From positions 64,260-128,259 of the forward strand of contig JBAYHK010000002.1 of NCBI GenBank assembly GCA_041666145.1: a stretch of 64,000 bases of DNA, read 5' to 3'. The stretch comes from Patescibacteria group bacterium (lineage in GTDB: Bacteria > Patescibacteriota > Patescibacteriia > UBA9934). Of the stretch, positions 27,971 to 36,886 are shown in pieces. Under the pieces are notes generated by a model. It ran no database searches, had not been told where the DNA came from, and was given only the letters and a program-made list of their open reading frames with translations. The number at the start of each line of letters is the position of its first letter. The first letter of the stretch is position 1. A program made the position numbers and the translations under genes.

Positions 27971-28792
27971 TCATCTTTTCCTCACAACCGCCTGCAACGT
28001 ACTTACCACGAATATGACAATAAGACATAGAACAATTGTTCCTCCAGTTGCAAGATCAAAGGCGTAAGAGACTCCAAGGCCAACGAAAACGCTTAGAATT
28101 GACAGAAGAACGGCAATGGCCATCGTCTCCTTAAATCCACGCTGAAATTGCGTTGCTGCAAGAACAGGAATAACCATAAGCGCTCCAATGAGAAGGATTC
28201 CAACAACGCGCATAGAAACCGCAACTGTTGCCGCAGTAAGAATCGCAAGGAGCAAACTATCCATAGTAACCGGCAATCCATTCGCTCTGGCAATGTCCTC
28301 ATCGAATGAAAGAAGAAAGAACTTTGAATATCGGAATGCCACAATACACAAAGTCACTACAACAAGCCCACCAATAATCCACAAATCTTGAACGCTCACC
28401 GTTGTAATACTTCCAAAAAGATATGCGAGTATTCCACCATTAAACGCCTTTACTGCACTCATCGCGACAACAGCAAAAGCTAAACTTCCAGAAAGAAAAA
28501 GTGCGAGAATAGATTCTCCACTAAATTTTCCAGAAAAACGAAGCCGTTCAATGCCGATCGCAACAATAACTGCAACGATCAACGCAGAGGCTACTGGATT
28601 CCATCCAAGAAGAACGCCAATCGCGACACCGGCAAGTGAAGCATGAGAAAGCGTATCTGCAATGAGCGAATATCGACGAACCGTTAAAAATATTCCCAAA
28701 ACTGGAGCAACAATCGCCACCAAAATACCGCTAACAAGCGCTCGAGTGAGAAAATCGTATGCAAAAAAGTCGGCAAACATACTAGTGTCCAT
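27971..28792 (-). CDS. znuB: Metal (Zn/Mn) ABC transporter permease
   Basis: ABC-3 family polytopic permease, 273 aa. Overlaps the znuC end. Confidence 0.88.
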   Translation of the reverse strand: MDTSMFADFFAYDFLTRALVSGILVAIVAPVLGIFLTVRRYSLIADTLSHASLAGVAIGVLLGWNPVASALIVAVIVAIGIERLRFSGKFSGESILALFLSGSLAFAVVAMSAVKAFNGGILAYLFGSITTVSVQDLWIIGGLVVVTLCIVAFRYSKFFLLSFDEDIARANGLPVTMDSLLLAILTAATVAVSMRVVGILLIGALMVIPVLAATQFQRGFKETMAIAVLLSILSVFVGLGVSYAFDLATGGTIVLCLIVIFVVSTLQAVVRKR

Positions 28793-29468
28793 AGTGTTCG
28801 GTTCTTACTTTATGCATAACGTCTGTAGGATCTCCATGACAAACAAGATGACGATTTAAGCACAATATTCGCTCAACTTCATTCGCGATAACGTCCGTAT
28901 CATGAGATACGATCACAATCGAAAGCCCCTTTCGATGAAGCTCACGGAGAAATGAATAAAACTCCTCCTGACTTTCAGGATCTATTGCAGAAGTCGGCTC
29001 ATCGAGAAATAACACATCTGGCTCGCCTGCCAAAGCTCGAGCAATCATGACCCGTTGGCGTTCGCCTCCAGAAAGCGTTCCTATTCTTTGACGTCGAAGA
29101 TGAGAGACTCCAGTTGTTTTCATTGCCTTCGCAATCGATCGTTTGCGATGATGATTTGAAACTCGGATAATAATCCCACTCGCAATAATCTCTTCAACTG
29201 TTGCGGGAAAAATAACATCGCCAGAGCTTGAACGCTGCGGAACGTAACCAATTTTTGTTTTATCTATTTGCGAAATAATTGAACCATGGGTGGGTTGCGC
29301 TAACCCAAGAAGCAATCGTAACAACGTAGTCTTCCCTCCCCCATTTGGACCAATAATTCCAATATATTCACCGCGACGAATCTCGAACGTCAAACCGGAA
29401 AGAATATTTTTTTCTCCAATGGAATATGAAACGTGCTCTAAAGAAAACAACGGTTTCGCTAACGACAT
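28782..29468 (-). CDS. znuC: Metal ABC transporter ATP-binding protein
   Basis: Walker A GPNGGGKTTLLR, signature LSGGERQR, Walker B LFLDEP. Confidence 0.9.
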   Translation of the reverse strand: MSLAKPLFSLEHVSYSIGEKNILSGLTFEIRRGEYIGIIGPNGGGKTTLLRLLLGLAQPTHGSIISQIDKTKIGYVPQRSSSGDVIFPATVEEIIASGIIIRVSNHHRKRSIAKAMKTTGVSHLRRQRIGTLSGGERQRVMIARALAGEPDVLFLDEPTSAIDPESQEEFYSFLRELHRKGLSIVIVSHDTDVIANEVERILCLNRHLVCHGDPTDVMHKVRTEHYGH

Positions 29469-30349
29469 ATCATTGCAGTTGAGAGCTTTTCAAGATTCAA
29501 CATCATAATGTCAGTATACCCTGTCGATTCCTCAAATCCCGCAGTCAAACTCTCGATTGGATCAAGAACTTCACTCTGAACATTCGTCTCTTGAGCAATT
29601 GTTTTTGACAGCGCATCACTAGAAAGTGATTCAAAGAAGACGGTAGTGATGTGATGCGAACGAACAGTGTCCATGATCTGCGCGATGGCCGCAGCAGAAG
29701 GCTCCTCTTCGGGATTTATTCCAGAAACGCCGTAAATTGTAAAATCATATCGATCTGCTAAAAAGTTAAATGCCTCATGAGCAGAAACAACTTCTCGAAC
29801 CTCGCACGAAGAAAGAGTCTTTCGATATGCAGCATCAATTGCAGCAATTTCTGCGACTTTCCTTTCTACATTTGCATGAATAATTTCGGCACGACTTGGA
29901 TCGATACGCTCAAGTTGACTTCCGATATTTCGAACAATGCTCTGGGCATAAATCGGATCAAGCCATACGTGAGGATCTTCAAGCGAAAGATTCAGCGAGT
30001 CAAGAGCGGAGACCGTTAGGCTGTCTCTCTCATCAATCACATCTACTGCCCACTCATCAACAACACGATTCACTAATAAAAGATCGGCATCTTGGATTGC
30101 CTTCATGTCTCCCATTGTTGGTTCGAAGTCATGAGGCTCCATGCCAGGACCAACAATAGTAATCACTTCTGCCGCTGGATCTAATCCCATTGCAAAATAT
30201 GCAAGCGGATAGATGGTGGCAACGATAGAAATCTTTTTATCATCGTTTAAAGAATCAGAAATCTGATCTTTAGAAAAAAGAATGAGTGTAAAGGCGCCAA
30301 TGCAAAGCGCGATTAAGATAAGTGAGCAGCGGAAGAGCATGCGTTGCAT
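29459..30349 (-). CDS. znuA: Metal ABC transporter substrate-binding protein (ZnuA/TroA family) with N-terminal anchor
   Basis: N-terminal hydrophobic anchor, cluster-9 SBP fold signatures, His/Asp/Glu-rich metal site (…GMEPHDFEP…). Confidence 0.85.
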   Translation of the reverse strand: MQRMLFRCSLILIALCIGAFTLILFSKDQISDSLNDDKKISIVATIYPLAYFAMGLDPAAEVITIVGPGMEPHDFEPTMGDMKAIQDADLLLVNRVVDEWAVDVIDERDSLTVSALDSLNLSLEDPHVWLDPIYAQSIVRNIGSQLERIDPSRAEIIHANVERKVAEIAAIDAAYRKTLSSCEVREVVSAHEAFNFLADRYDFTIYGVSGINPEEEPSAAAIAQIMDTVRSHHITTVFFESLSSDALSKTIAQETNVQSEVLDPIESLTAGFEESTGYTDIMMLNLEKLSTAMICR

Positions 30350-30765
30350 AGACCAAAGAATTCTAGAGAATGATGAGTGACAGTGAAATGCGTCGCAGCT
30401 TCGATGCGTCGCTCTTCGTTATGAAGTTCTCGAACAAGGTCAACATCTGCAACCTCATGACAATTTGTGCAAATAACATGATGGTGGTGACCATGATCAG
30501 TCAGCTCGTAGTGAAGACTACTGTCATTGAAAAGAATAGGGGTGATAACGTCGACAGAAGAGAGATATTCGAGCTCACGATAAAGTGATGTTCTGTGTGG
30601 GAGGACCTTCCTTTTTTTTAAGGATCTCTCGATTTCGACCTTTGAAAATGGCCTCTTATTCTCTGCCAGGATCTCGATAATCGTTCGTCGAAGCTTTGTG
30701 ATTCGAATTCCTTCATCTTTCAACTCTACGATGACGCTATGAGCCAAGGGATTGTTTGATTCCAT
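30313..30765 (-). CDS. zur: Fur-family transcriptional regulator, predicted zinc uptake regulator Zur
   Basis: Winged-helix N-domain, HHHH and CxxC…CxxC metal sites (DHGHHHHVICTNCH…CNAC). First gene of the znu operon; its 3' end overlaps the znuA start by ~37 nt. Confidence 0.85.
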   Translation of the reverse strand: MESNNPLAHSVIVELKDEGIRITKLRRTIIEILAENKRPFSKVEIERSLKKRKVLPHRTSLYRELEYLSSVDVITPILFNDSSLHYELTDHGHHHHVICTNCHEVADVDLVRELHNEERRIEAATHFTVTHHSLEFFGLCNACSSAAHLS

Positions 30766-30774
30766 ACAAGAGAA

Positions 30775-30801
30775 TGTTAATGCAACATTGTTGCATTAAC
30801 A
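30775..30801. promoter_or_regulatory. Perfect 27-bp palindrome TGTTAATGCAACA-T-TGTTGCATTAACA; predicted Zur/Fur-family operator overlapping a TTGTTA-17-TAACAT promoter 9 nt upstream of the zur ATG
   Basis: Exact inverted repeat read directly. AT-rich 7-1-7 core TGCAACAtTGTTGCA. The position covers the promoter and gives a near-leaderless zur mRNA. Confidence 0.55.
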
Positions 30802-30900
30802 AGAACCCGGTTTTCAAAAACACATACCTCGCTCTCGCCTCTCCGTTCACTTCCATTCAAATCCTATTTTCTAACCCCTTCAAAAGACTCACTTTCACAC
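30802..30900 (+). repeat. ~100-bp repeat element (CCYGKTTTTCAAAAMCAC…CCTTCAAAAGACTCAC), copy 1; related copies at 41090-41172 (-) and 41321-41430 (+)
   Basis: About 75% identity over ~100 bp between 30802-30900 and the reverse complement of 41090-41172, seen by eye. Confidence 0.55.
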
Positions 30901-31506
30901 CTATCCCTTTGCCAAACTCCACCGAACAACACACTCGACCCCCGCGTCTTTCAACACCTCCTCAGCTGCATCCATCGTTGCTCCAGTCGTCTCAACATCA
31001 TCAATAAGCAATATACGCCTTGGCATTTCACATCCCCTTCTCACCCTCATCGGATTCTTTTTCAAAGACTTTCCTCTCATTTCATGCGTTAAATTCGCCT
31101 GCGCTTTTACTCCATAACGACGTTCAAGAACATCCATAACTGGCAGATCCAGCATGCTTCCAACAACACGCGAAAGATCTCTTACTTGATGGAATCCGCG
31201 CCATCGCTCCTTCCAACCTGATAGTGGAACTGGAACAATCGCATGAATATTCGCTGCACGAATCTGCAATCGCAAAGGCATCAAACGAGGCACAAGTAAA
31301 CGCGAAAGTGCGAAGAGTCCGGCCCCATCTCCGTCATATTTCCAGGCACAAATCAGTCTGCGAATCACAGGGTTCGCATACGCAAAAGGCGGACCATCAA
31401 AAGAAAGATCCGCCAAACATTGCAAGCACAATAACGCCCCTTCTTGTTCGCAGTGTACGCAATATCTCGGAAAACAGGCACGAAAAACTACACGCCATCC
31501 GTCCAT
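30901..31506 (-). CDS. comFC: ComF family protein (ComFC-like, phosphoribosyltransferase domain)
   Basis: N-terminal CxxC…CxxC zinc finger (CVHCEQ…CLQC), C-terminal PRTase motif ILLIDDVETTGAT. Confidence 0.85.
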   Translation of the reverse strand: MDGWRVVFRACFPRYCVHCEQEGALLCLQCLADLSFDGPPFAYANPVIRRLICAWKYDGDGAGLFALSRLLVPRLMPLRLQIRAANIHAIVPVPLSGWKERWRGFHQVRDLSRVVGSMLDLPVMDVLERRYGVKAQANLTHEMRGKSLKKNPMRVRRGCEMPRRILLIDDVETTGATMDAAEEVLKDAGVECVVRWSLAKG

Positions 31507-32066
31507 ACATATCCATCAACCAACCACGTTGTTCCAGACTTTATTAGCGTTACGGTGATCGACTGATATTTCACTAAAGTATTCCCTGGTGCATCAATCG
31601 TCTCTTCGCGCTGCGTTGTCATAGAAAGCACCGTCTGTGTCGAACTTGCGCTTATAATTTTTGGTGTAGTAATCACAACAGTTGAAATGCCGTAATACGC
31701 TCCATCGGAAGCCGCTCGAACATCCTTCACGAGTTTCTCAAGCTGTTTTTGAAATGACGGCGTTGCCATAGAAAGAACGTCCTCGATGTTTGCGGCATCT
31801 GCTTCTGATGAATAGCTTCCGAAACGCTCAACAAAAGTTCGCGCAACAGTTGACGCCGACGTCTCTTTTACAACGGGCGGCTCAACAACATCGGAAACTG
31901 CATTCGAATCCGTTGTTTTACTCGTTGACGCTGGAATATTCGAAGTTGAAGGAACAACCGAATCCTGTATTTGAGCAACTGGCCATTTCCACCACACAAT
32001 AAATCCTAAAAAGATGAGAATAATTCCGACTGCAACGGCAATTTCAATTTTTGTTTTTCGTTCCAT
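31488..32066 (-). CDS. Bitopic membrane protein (N-terminal TM, Ser/Thr-rich linker, C-terminal globular domain); possible VirB8-like component
   Basis: TM IAVAVGIILIFLGFIVWW. Sits immediately downstream of the VirB4-like gene. The VirB8 assignment rests on position and topology only. Confidence 0.5.
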   Translation of the reverse strand: MERKTKIEIAVAVGIILIFLGFIVWWKWPVAQIQDSVVPSTSNIPASTSKTTDSNAVSDVVEPPVVKETSASTVARTFVERFGSYSSEADAANIEDVLSMATPSFQKQLEKLVKDVRAASDGAYYGISTVVITTPKIISASSTQTVLSMTTQREETIDAPGNTLVKYQSITVTLIKSGTTWLVDGYVWTDGV

Positions 32067-32069
32067 ACA

Positions 32070-33974
32070 TTATGATTGTTCTATTTGTTCTTGCGCAAGT
32101 CGCTTTTTCTCCTGTTCAATTTCGAGAAGTTGTTGCGGATTCGTTGTAACAAGCTGATCTTCTGTATATGACGCAACAATCTTGATTGCTGCATGCTTTT
32201 GGCCAGCAAAGAAAATTCCTTCTCCAACCGCAGATTCAAGAAGCAGATACTTTTCACTTTGTGTAAGATTAAATGTTTCTGAAATGCGATCAACACCAGC
32301 TGGAGATTGTTTAAGCAAAAGCTGTAATGACGAATTCGTCACGATCGCTTGACCGTATGTTGAAGTCAAAAAATCATTCACGTCTTGCGTAATCGTAGTC
32401 ACCCCTAAGAAATATTTTCGAGCGCGCTTTACAAGTGCAAAAATAAATTTCGCAGAATCTTCATTTTGCATGAGCCACCACGCCTCGTCGATAACAAGAA
32501 TTCGCTTCTTTCGCTCTGAACGAACCACGTTCCAGATATAGTTCACAATGGTATAAATTCCCATTGCTCGAAGCTCATCTTCCAAATCTCGAACTGAAAA
32601 AACCACCAGCTGATTGCGCATCTCAACCGTTGTTGGAGAATTCAAAAGTCCAGAGAACGTTCCACTCGTAAACTTTTGTAAACGCGCAACTAAGTTTGCG
32701 CCACCCTCCATTCCCTCCAACACCTGAAGCAAATCCTCAAGAATTGGGTAATCAAGAACTCCAGCCAACGACGACAAATCCGGCGTAATGTCTCGTTTTG
32801 CATAAGATTCCAAAAGCGCTCTGTCCAGCAAAGAATCCTCTTCTGGTGTGAATCCAAGAGTGCCCTTCTCGCCCATCGGCTTACCAATCATGATGCGAAG
32901 AAGCCCCTTTAATGTAATAACTGCACTTCGCAAAATGTCATCAACCGATGTCTCGTCCCCTTTTGCTCGAGGAAGATCGAACGGATTGACCTTACTGTCA
33001 GATGCCAGAGAAACATTAATGTACGTTCCACCAACTGCATCAGAAAGCTGCCGATATTCCATTTCAGGGTCAATGACAATAACATCGATCCCCATCATCA
33101 TTGATCGTAAAATCTCAAGTTTCACCGCATAAGACTTTCCAGCACCAGATGTTGCAAAAACAACTGCATTCGCATTCTGTAAACTAAAACGATCGAATAA
33201 AATCAACGAATTGTTGTGACGATTTATTCCGTATAAAATTCCATTATCACTTGTAACATCTGAAGAGATAAAAGGATACGACGACGCAATCGGCGACGTA
33301 TTCATGTTAAACGTAATCATCAGCTCATCATTCGCAAGCGGAAGCGTTGCATTGAATCCTTGCTCAGTTTGATAGAATCCGCGCTTTGAGTAAATAAGTT
33401 TTTGACCAAATATTGCCTCTATCTCTTCTGTTCGACGATCGAGTTCTTCTTTGTCCTTTGCGTAAATCGTCACGTAAAACGCGAATTGAAAAAAGTGTTC
33501 AATTCCCTGCGTGAGATCATCACGAAGCTGCTCAACATCGCGCAATGCAGTTTCGCGAACTGGATCTCTAGGCTTCCCACTGTCACTATCCGAAACAACT
33601 TGCGACTCTAAAACACCCACCTTATTTCGAAGCTGCTTCAAAATGACTTCTGGCTTGATGGGATAAAAATACATCGAAATATCAAGCGTGCTGTTGTAAT
33701 TAATAATTGGTGCGCCCCAACCAATGCCAACATATCGCGGATATGTCGTAACGAATACCGTCCGCACGTACATGTCACCTAGATGAAGAAATGCGGAGTC
33801 CACTTCAAAACTTGAAGGTGAGATCAAATCTCGAACACTTACAGTTCCACGACGATAGATACGCTCCTCCTCAAGCGTTGTGCGTTCCTGCAATAAACGC
33901 AGCTGCGCCTCAGAAAGCTTTTTCTGTTCTACTGGAACATTAATGTTCTGTTGTTTTCCAAGATCAAAAGCCAT
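32070..33974 (-). CDS. virB4: Type IV secretion / conjugal-transfer ATPase VirB4 (TrbE) family, C-terminal ATPase part
   Basis: Walker A FATSGAGKSYAVK, Walker B VIDEAWW, VirB4-type arrangement. ATG at 33974 is 1 nt after the stop of the upstream 227-aa ORF; TTG at 34094 in the track. Confidence 0.85.
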   Translation of the reverse strand: MAFDLGKQQNINVPVEQKKLSEAQLRLLQERTTLEEERIYRRGTVSVRDLISPSSFEVDSAFLHLGDMYVRTVFVTTYPRYVGIGWGAPIINYNSTLDISMYFYPIKPEVILKQLRNKVGVLESQVVSDSDSGKPRDPVRETALRDVEQLRDDLTQGIEHFFQFAFYVTIYAKDKEELDRRTEEIEAIFGQKLIYSKRGFYQTEQGFNATLPLANDELMITFNMNTSPIASSYPFISSDVTSDNGILYGINRHNNSLILFDRFSLQNANAVVFATSGAGKSYAVKLEILRSMMMGIDVIVIDPEMEYRQLSDAVGGTYINVSLASDSKVNPFDLPRAKGDETSVDDILRSAVITLKGLLRIMIGKPMGEKGTLGFTPEEDSLLDRALLESYAKRDITPDLSSLAGVLDYPILEDLLQVLEGMEGGANLVARLQKFTSGTFSGLLNSPTTVEMRNQLVVFSVRDLEDELRAMGIYTIVNYIWNVVRSERKKRILVIDEAWWLMQNEDSAKFIFALVKRARKYFLGVTTITQDVNDFLTSTYGQAIVTNSSLQLLLKQSPAGVDRISETFNLTQSEKYLLLESAVGEGIFFAGQKHAAIKIVASYTEDQLVTTNPQQLLEIEQEKKRLAQEQIEQS

Positions 33975-33975
33975 A

Positions 33976-34659
33976 CTAGAAATGCGTTTCCACACGGAGC
34001 TTTCCAACATCAACAAGTTTTTCCGCGTCGTACACATCTGGGTTATACGACGAATAATAAAGTTCAATAAGTCCTTGTGTATCAAGCATGACAACTTGTA
34101 AACCCATACTCGTCAGGCCAGAGGCTACTGTAGAAGTGCGCTGCATAAGCGAGTATCGACGTTCACGAAAACGTTTCTCATTTAACTTTACAATTTTTGC
34201 TGGTGAGAACGCAGAAGAAAGCTTTGACATGAACCCTTTTCCTTTTTCGTTTCCCTCGGTCGGGTCATACGGAATCACAACAAAAAATCGCTTTTGCATG
34301 ATTTGGCCCATCTCAACTAATTCCTTAATAAAGGATGTATAGTCTCGAATCTGTGTTCGTAAAAGCTCATTATGAATAGCATCCTCCTGTTTCTTAAGTG
34401 CATTTATGTACCCGTCAACATTCATGCGTCTCGATTGAATCGATATCTGAAGCGGATGGTCTAAGCCATTCAAAAATTGCATGTAACCTTGAATGATCGC
34501 CTGTTGTTCATCTTCACTTTTTAAAGCAAAGTTGATACTCGAAACCATAAGTACTGCACGAAGTGTTCCGTCTTTCATGACCACGCAATCTTCACGAATT
34601 TCGGCAATATCTAAATATCGTTGGGTTGGTTGGCCAGATTTATGAGGTGCATTTGCCAT
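33976..34659 (-). CDS. VirB4-family N-terminal domain protein (separate ORF; split gene or frameshift)
   Basis: 227 aa resembling the N-terminal membrane-proximal domain of VirB4/TrbE (…YLDIAEIREDCVVMKDGTLRAVLMV…). Ends TAG one nt before the ATPase ORF. Confidence 0.55.
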   Translation of the reverse strand: MANAPHKSGQPTQRYLDIAEIREDCVVMKDGTLRAVLMVSSINFALKSEDEQQAIIQGYMQFLNGLDHPLQISIQSRRMNVDGYINALKKQEDAIHNELLRTQIRDYTSFIKELVEMGQIMQKRFFVVIPYDPTEGNEKGKGFMSKLSSAFSPAKIVKLNEKRFRERRYSLMQRTSTVASGLTSMGLQVVMLDTQGLIELYYSSYNPDVYDAEKLVDVGKLRVETHF

Positions 34660-34661
34660 AT

Positions 34662-35102
34662 TTATACATCTTCATCTGATTCATAAACGCCACCCGTATT
34701 CACGACTAATGTAAGCTCATTAAGTCGCGATCGCTCAAGTGGAGCTTTTCGTACTGGAGGCGTAATAATTTCTTCATCAACTTTCTGTAAAAACATTCTT
34801 ATATCCGCATCACTCAATGTCTTATCCCAAATGCGAAGCTTTGGCTTCTGAAATGTTTGTATAAAATTCAGCACAATAAAATGGAACGGCTGTCCATTTA
34901 CTTTTGCAAATGCAAACATGAGTCCTATTCCAAGCACCGGAACACCGAATAAAACAACAAAGATGATGTTTAAAAAAATGCGATAAATGAGAAACTCTAC
35001 AACGAGCACCGCGAGCATAATCAAAAATTGTCGCGCAGTAACCGGCCCGATGATCTTACTTTCCACGTCCAAAAATTGTGGAACAACGAATTGATTGGGC
35101 AT
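34662..35102 (-). CDS. Small two-TM membrane protein (VirB3/PrgI-like position, immediately upstream of VirB4)
   Basis: 146 aa; hydrophobic hairpin FLIMLAVLVVEFLIYRIFLNIIFVVLFGVPVLGIGLMFAF. Confidence 0.55.
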   Translation of the reverse strand: MPNQFVVPQFLDVESKIIGPVTARQFLIMLAVLVVEFLIYRIFLNIIFVVLFGVPVLGIGLMFAFAKVNGQPFHFIVLNFIQTFQKPKLRIWDKTLSDADIRMFLQKVDEEIITPPVRKAPLERSRLNELTLVVNTGGVYESDEDV

Positions 35103-35119
35103 GAAAGTATTGTAGCACG

Positions 35120-36880
35120 CTAAAATCTCAATTTTTCGTTCAAACTACTCACTGCACGAATCTCTGCAGGGCTTAAACTCTCCTCACCTGCAGCACGACG
35201 CTTCGCAGCAATTTCCGCAACAGCAACGCTCCGCATTAATGCTGCAGTAGTCATAGATGCATACAATTGATTCATGGGACTCTTATGCCAAGCCGCAATT
35301 CCCTTTACGCGATCTTCATAAGATTGCGCCTCAAGAGTAGAAAGAATGTCTTCAATTTTTTGAACGGCGTCTGCAGGAACTGATGACAATCGACGGAACT
35401 CCGTCGGAGTCATGGCGCGAAGCTCATCAACTGGGCCAATAAGACGTTTAACCGGTTGAATGTCTGTAAGCACACGATCATGCTGCGCTGGCGCAACAGA
35501 ACCAACGGTCAACATCGGCTTTACCGGCGTTGGACGACTTGCAATTGCGGCCTCAACGAGCTTTTCTTCTGAAACAGCCTTAATCTGCTGCGTCTGTTCT
35601 TCTTCTGCAGTACGCGCAAGGCTTACTCGAGATCCTGGAAGAACACCTTCTTCATGTGTTCGTGGTGCGTCCTTGACTAATGCGGCGAAACGTTTATCCA
35701 GAGTAGCATCCGGAATCTGAACATTGTCTTCTTCTCTACCCGAAATCGATTCATTCTCATCACGCGACACTATCAACTTCTGCGCTTCTTCGACTGCTGC
35801 AATTATCTTCTCAAGATCTTCACCCTGTACGTTTAAATCACGCGCCAAAACATCACGAGTCTGATACAAATTTCTTACTCCTTTTATCGTCTTCAAAACA
35901 ATCTCACGAAATGCCTGTTCGGAAATACTAAGCTTCTGCAAAATTGTCCGTGCATTCTCAACCGCCCGGTCTGCAACAGAATCTTCTTGATGCGCAACGC
36001 CCCCACCATCCATTGAAACACGAGCCACCTGCTGTGCCTTTTTCGTTGCTTCCCGTAACTCTGCATGCCAATTCCCATCCCTATCAGCAACCTTTTCCGG
36101 CGCACTAATCACCGGAACTTCCGCGGCAACTTCATGCGACGGGGAGATTTCAAGAGTTTTTATATCTGAATCTTCTTGAACTTTTTCTCTTCCCAAAAAA
36201 TCTGAAGAATCCTCCTCAATCTCTTTCAAAACCTCCTCTCCACTGTTCAAAATCGGCTCGCCAACATGATCACTTCCACCGTCTGTCAACTCAATCATGT
36301 CGCGCTGCTCATCAACAGCATTCAAAACATTGAGCGACTGTTCAGGGCTTAATCCAAGTCCACCGATGGTTGTCGCACGAGAAAAAAATGTCAGCGTCGA
36401 CTCTTTAGTTTTCTCTCCGCGCCAATACGCACCAATCAAAAATCCACAACGCTTCACGAGCACTTCAGAAAAATCTAACTCGAGTTTATCTTCAATCTGC
36501 GCGGCAAGCGTTTCTGGAGTCATTTTTACCTTCCCAACACGAGACTTTGGATATTTGCTCATGTCTGCTCCCCACGTTGTTAATTGCGCAACAACATTTG
36601 GAACAAACTCTTCAAGCGGCAGTAACCGAAACCCAACAACATCGCACGCCATCCTCACTGCTCTCTCCTCTTCAACCCCAAACGCCTGCTGCAACATTGG
36701 CGCAATTTCTTTCAAATCAACTGCCCCATCAAGCACCGCGTCAGTAAGATCAAGTAATTCAATTGCACGTTCCTTTGGCAAGGCAAACTTTTCCAAAATA
36801 GCCTCAAAAACAGAAATCACCGAACCATTCATGAGAAAAGCTTGAACTGTTGGGATTTTAATTAAGTCAACAATAGGCAT
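35120..36880 (-). CDS. Hypothetical acidic soluble protein (586 aa) within the T4SS-like cluster
   Basis: Long ORF with coding-like composition and no TM or Walker motifs. Same strand as the VirB6-like and VirB4 genes with tight spacing. Confidence 0.6.
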   Translation of the reverse strand: MPIVDLIKIPTVQAFLMNGSVISVFEAILEKFALPKERAIELLDLTDAVLDGAVDLKEIAPMLQQAFGVEEERAVRMACDVVGFRLLPLEEFVPNVVAQLTTWGADMSKYPKSRVGKVKMTPETLAAQIEDKLELDFSEVLVKRCGFLIGAYWRGEKTKESTLTFFSRATTIGGLGLSPEQSLNVLNAVDEQRDMIELTDGGSDHVGEPILNSGEEVLKEIEEDSSDFLGREKVQEDSDIKTLEISPSHEVAAEVPVISAPEKVADRDGNWHAELREATKKAQQVARVSMDGGGVAHQEDSVADRAVENARTILQKLSISEQAFREIVLKTIKGVRNLYQTRDVLARDLNVQGEDLEKIIAAVEEAQKLIVSRDENESISGREEDNVQIPDATLDKRFAALVKDAPRTHEEGVLPGSRVSLARTAEEEQTQQIKAVSEEKLVEAAIASRPTPVKPMLTVGSVAPAQHDRVLTDIQPVKRLIGPVDELRAMTPTEFRRLSSVPADAVQKIEDILSTLEAQSYEDRVKGIAAWHKSPMNQLYASMTTAALMRSVAVAEIAAKRRAAGEESLSPAEIRAVSSLNEKLRF

Positions 36881-36886
36881 ACAAAA

